DNA of 64,000 nucleotides from an uncultured Rhodospirillales bacterium (GTDB lineage: Bacteria; Pseudomonadota; Alphaproteobacteria; Reyranellales; Reyranellaceae), in contig CAMFJT010000003.1 in the NCBI GenBank assembly GCA_945957125.1, positions 8,990-72,989 on the forward strand. The letters are read 5' to 3'. The notes beneath the pieces were generated by a model. It saw only the letters and a program-made list of their open reading frames with translations, was not told the DNA's origin and searched no databases. The position numbers were made by a program, and so were the translations under genes. Below, one piece after another: positions 61,679 to 64,000 of the stretch. Position 1 is the stretch's first letter, and every line of letters starts with the position of its first letter.

Positions 61679-62617
61679 TCAGGTGACGCGAAGCCAGACC
61701 AGCAAAGCAGATACCGTCACCACTGAAAAGCCGGTCGTCAGCAGGACCGAGGCGGTGTTCTGCTCGACCTGGATCTCGAACTGCTTGGCCAGCACGAAGG
61801 CATTGGCCGCCGTCGGCAAGGAGGCCATCAGGAGCGCCACCTTGCCCGGCACCGACGCCGGGTCGACGAAGAAGGGCAGCACGCAGGCCGCGAGCAGCGG
61901 CTGCAGCAGCAGCTTGATGACGGTGGCGAGCCCCGCTTCGGCCAGGCCCGACCGTACCGACTTGTCGGACAGGAAGAGCCCGATGGCGAACAGCGCGCAA
62001 GGCGCGGCGGCGGCGCCCAGCAGGTCCATCCATTTCTCGACCGGCGTGGGCAGCGGCAGTGCCAGCCCGGACCAGGCGATGCCGGCGGCGATCGAGACCG
62101 GCAGCGGGTTGCGCGCCACGTTCCACGCCGCATTGAAGAAGGTCAGGATCGGCCCCTGCCCCGCCGCGACCTCGAGCTCGATCAGCATGACGCCGAACAC
62201 CATGGCGATCACAGCAGTCACGATCACCGTCAGCATGGCCGGCGGCAAGCCGGCCTCGCCGAACGCCGCCAGGCAGAGCGGCACGCCCATGTAGCCGACA
62301 TTGCCCCACGACGCCGCGATGCCCTGCAGGCTCATCTTGGCCAGGCCGCCGCGCACCGCGATCCGCGTCGAGAGCATGCCGACGAGGAAGGTCGCCATCA
62401 CGACGATCCCGAACCCGGCCATCAGCGACGGATCGAGCACCGTGTCGACCGGCGTCCGCGCCAGGGTGCCGAAGAACAGCACCGGCAAGGCGAAATAGCT
62501 GACGAAGGCATTGAGCGCGGCAGTCGCCTCGCCCCCCAGGATCCGCCACTTCCCGGCCAGGAAACCGGTCAGGATCACCCCGAAGATCGGCAGAGCGACG
62601 TTGAAGATGGCCTGCAT
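61679..62617 (-). CDS. AEC (auxin efflux carrier) family transporter
   Basis: The 312-aa ORF has about 10 TM helices. MQAIFNVALPIFGVILTGFLAG is the typical N-terminus of the family. Confidence 0.82.
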   Translation of the reverse strand: MQAIFNVALPIFGVILTGFLAGKWRILGGEATAALNAFVSYFALPVLFFGTLARTPVDTVLDPSLMAGFGIVVMATFLVGMLSTRIAVRGGLAKMSLQGIAASWGNVGYMGVPLCLAAFGEAGLPPAMLTVIVTAVIAMVFGVMLIELEVAAGQGPILTFFNAAWNVARNPLPVSIAAGIAWSGLALPLPTPVEKWMDLLGAAAAPCALFAIGLFLSDKSVRSGLAEAGLATVIKLLLQPLLAACVLPFFVDPASVPGKVALLMASLPTAANAFVLAKQFEIQVEQNTASVLLTTGFSVVTVSALLVWLRVT

Positions 62618-62646
62618 GACCGATGATCCACCAAGATATTAAGAAT

Positions 62647-62676
62647 TTGACATAAACTCCCGAAACAACATAATAT
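62647..62676 (+). promoter_or_regulatory. Candidate sigma70 promoter for the 62732 gene
   Basis: TTGACA (62647-62652) is followed by a 16-nt spacer and CATAAT (62669-62674). It lies in an AT-rich divergent intergenic region. Confidence 0.45.
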
Positions 62677-62731
62677 TTTCCTCTGAAATTGATGCCGCAT
62701 CGCTCCCCCGCGAGCGGCGCAGGAGATATCG

Positions 62732-63082
62732 ATGCGCCTGTTGATCGCCTCCGTCGCGGCCCTTGCCGCCGTCGCGTTCGCCGCCCCGTCATTCGCCCAG
62801 GAAGCGACGACGCCCACCCCCGCTCCCGTGGCCAAGCCCAAGCCGGGCACGTCGGCCTACTGCAACACCCTGAAGAGCTCCACCTCGAAGTCGTCGTGCC
62901 TCAAGCGCGTGCATGCGAGCGCCAAGAGCCCGTCCTCGCACAAGGCCAAGGCCAAGAAGGTCGCCGACCCGGCCAAGACCGATACGTCGGCCCAGTACGT
63001 GCCGCCCGCGGCTACCCCTGCCCAGGCGCCTTCGACGTCGCAGACGGTCGCCGTTCCGCCGCTGCCTCAGAAGACGATCTGA
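62732..63082 (+). CDS. Secreted low-complexity Pro/Ala/Ser/Lys-rich protein
   Basis: The 116-aa ORF has a signal peptide (MRLLIASVAALAAVAFAAPSFA). The mature part is PTPAPVAKPKPGTSAYCNTLKSSTSKSSC... with two Cys. No family is recognised. Confidence 0.6.
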   Translation: MRLLIASVAALAAVAFAAPSFAQEATTPTPAPVAKPKPGTSAYCNTLKSSTSKSSCLKRVHASAKSPSSHKAKAKKVADPAKTDTSAQYVPPAATPAQAPSTSQTVAVPPLPQKTI

Positions 63083-63114
63083 CGTAGTCTGGCTCTCCCG
63101 ACCGGGAGGGCGAC

Positions 63115-63978
63115 GTGACTCATTCTGCAGCATTGATTTCGACCGACGAGCTGGCGCGCCGGATGGGCGCGCATGGCCTGCGGATCTTCGACTGCACGAC
63201 CTATCTGCGGCCACGGCCAGAGGGCGGCTACAGGGCCGAGAGCGGACGAGCCAATTACGACAAGGGGCACATCCCCGGCGCAGGCTATCTCGATCTCGGC
63301 GCCGAACTCTCCGACCCTGCCTCCGATCTCCGCTTCACGCTTCCACCGCTCGAGGCGCTGACCCGCGCCTTTGCGGCAAAGGGCATCGGCCACGGCACCT
63401 TCGTCGTGCTCTACAGCCATGCCTCGCCGGTCTGGGCGACGCGCATCTGGTGGATGCTGCGCGCCGTCGGCTTCGACGACGCGGCGATCCTCGATGGCGG
63501 CCTCGACAAATGGAAGGCGGAAGGACGCCCGCTCGCGACGGAGGCCACCGCCTATCCTCCCGCGACGCTCACGCTGCGCGGCCGGCCCGAGCTCTTCGTC
63601 GACAAGAACGACATCAAGGCAGCGATCGGCCGGAACGACACACTGACCCTGAACGCGCTCAGCCACGAGCAGCATACCGGCAACGGCGGCGTGACCTATG
63701 GGCGTCCCGGACGGATTGCCGGCTCGTCCTGCGTGCCGGCGGCCAGCCTGTTCGGTGCCGACAAGACGCTGAGGCCTATCGCCGAGCTGCGGCAGGCGTT
63801 CGAGGGCGTCGGCACGGCGCCCGACAAGCGCGTGCTGGTCTATTGCGGCGGCGGCATCGCGGCATCCCTCGATGCGTTCGTGTTGACGGCGGTCCTCGGC
63901 CACAAGAAGGTCGCGGTCTACGACAACTCCATGCAGGAATGGTCCAATGACCCGAGCCTGCCGATGGAAACCGGCTGA
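63115..63978 (+). CDS. Rhodanese-domain sulfurtransferase (thiosulfate/3-mercaptopyruvate sulfurtransferase-like)
   Basis: The GTG start follows GGGAGGG. The 287-aa product has two rhodanese domains (GHIPGAGYLD...) and a catalytic loop YCGGGIAAS. Confidence 0.85.
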   Translation: MTHSAALISTDELARRMGAHGLRIFDCTTYLRPRPEGGYRAESGRANYDKGHIPGAGYLDLGAELSDPASDLRFTLPPLEALTRAFAAKGIGHGTFVVLYSHASPVWATRIWWMLRAVGFDDAAILDGGLDKWKAEGRPLATEATAYPPATLTLRGRPELFVDKNDIKAAIGRNDTLTLNALSHEQHTGNGGVTYGRPGRIAGSSCVPAASLFGADKTLRPIAELRQAFEGVGTAPDKRVLVYCGGGIAASLDAFVLTAVLGHKKVAVYDNSMQEWSNDPSLPMETG

Positions 63979-64000
63979 GAGAGGGAACGAAAGATGGCTG

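Noticed and set aside
61107-62792. A 561-aa minus-strand ORF covering the mscL and AEC transporter regions in another frame.
   Set aside because: mscL and the AEC transporter are unambiguous in their own frames. This frame is Arg/Gly/Ala-rich with no hydrophobic helices.
1-64000. A search by eye for CRISPR arrays, tRNA/rRNA genes, IS transposases, integrases, phage genes and toxin-antitoxin pairs.
   Set aside because: I saw no spaced direct-repeat arrays, no intergenic region with tRNA-like cloverleaf potential or rRNA-like length, and no DDE, tyrosine- or serine-recombinase motifs in any frame. The only mobile-looking sequences are the transposase-less palindromic element at 8975-9065 and its solo arm. 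tRNAscan, Infernal or ISEScan would be needed for certainty.

Overview
This is a very GC-rich chromosomal segment with G/C-dominated third codon positions. Because of that, most long ORFs in the supplied track are antisense or out-of-frame shadows of the real genes. The gene content suggests an alphaproteobacterium: class I lysyl-tRNA synthetase, a single-chain methylmalonyl-CoA mutase, an intracellular PHB depolymerase, and three orphan Bug/TctC receptors. That taxonomic call is an inference; no search was possible. I support about 60 protein-coding genes, one amber-interrupted pseudogene, one MITE-like palindromic element with 8-bp direct-repeat flanks plus a solo arm elsewhere, several GC-rich hairpins between convergent genes, and a few operator or promoter candidates. 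I found no rRNA, tRNA, CRISPR array, transposase, integrase or phage genes. Most of the window is ordinary metabolism and transport. Five regions deserve a second look. (1) At 14.3-20.3 kb, five genes are chained by ATGA stop/start overlaps: a Cache-HAMP class III nucleotidyl cyclase, a HemK-like methyltransferase with an NLPH motif, a binding-protein::permease fusion, a second permease and a TctC receptor. There is no ABC ATPase or TctAB. (2) At 49.4-55.1 kb, a cluster of membrane-associated enzymes looks like an undescribed polar-lipid head-group pathway: a PEMT/ICMT-like methyltransferase, an unknown HxD..H protein, an Mpo1/DUF962-like protein, a TM-anchored class III aminotransferase, a Psd-like pyruvoyl decarboxylase and a TorF-like porin. 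(3) At 34.9-38.2 kb, a MarR / amidohydrolase_2 / thiolase-like / DUF35 operon contains a thiolase-like protein with a Gly run where the nucleophilic Cys should be. (4) A stand-alone protein of about 14 WD40 blades sits at 4.1-5.9 kb. (5) An orphan molybdenum-hydroxylase large subunit is paired with a cupin at 38.2-41.0 kb. All family assignments rest on motifs I read in the translations, not on database searches.
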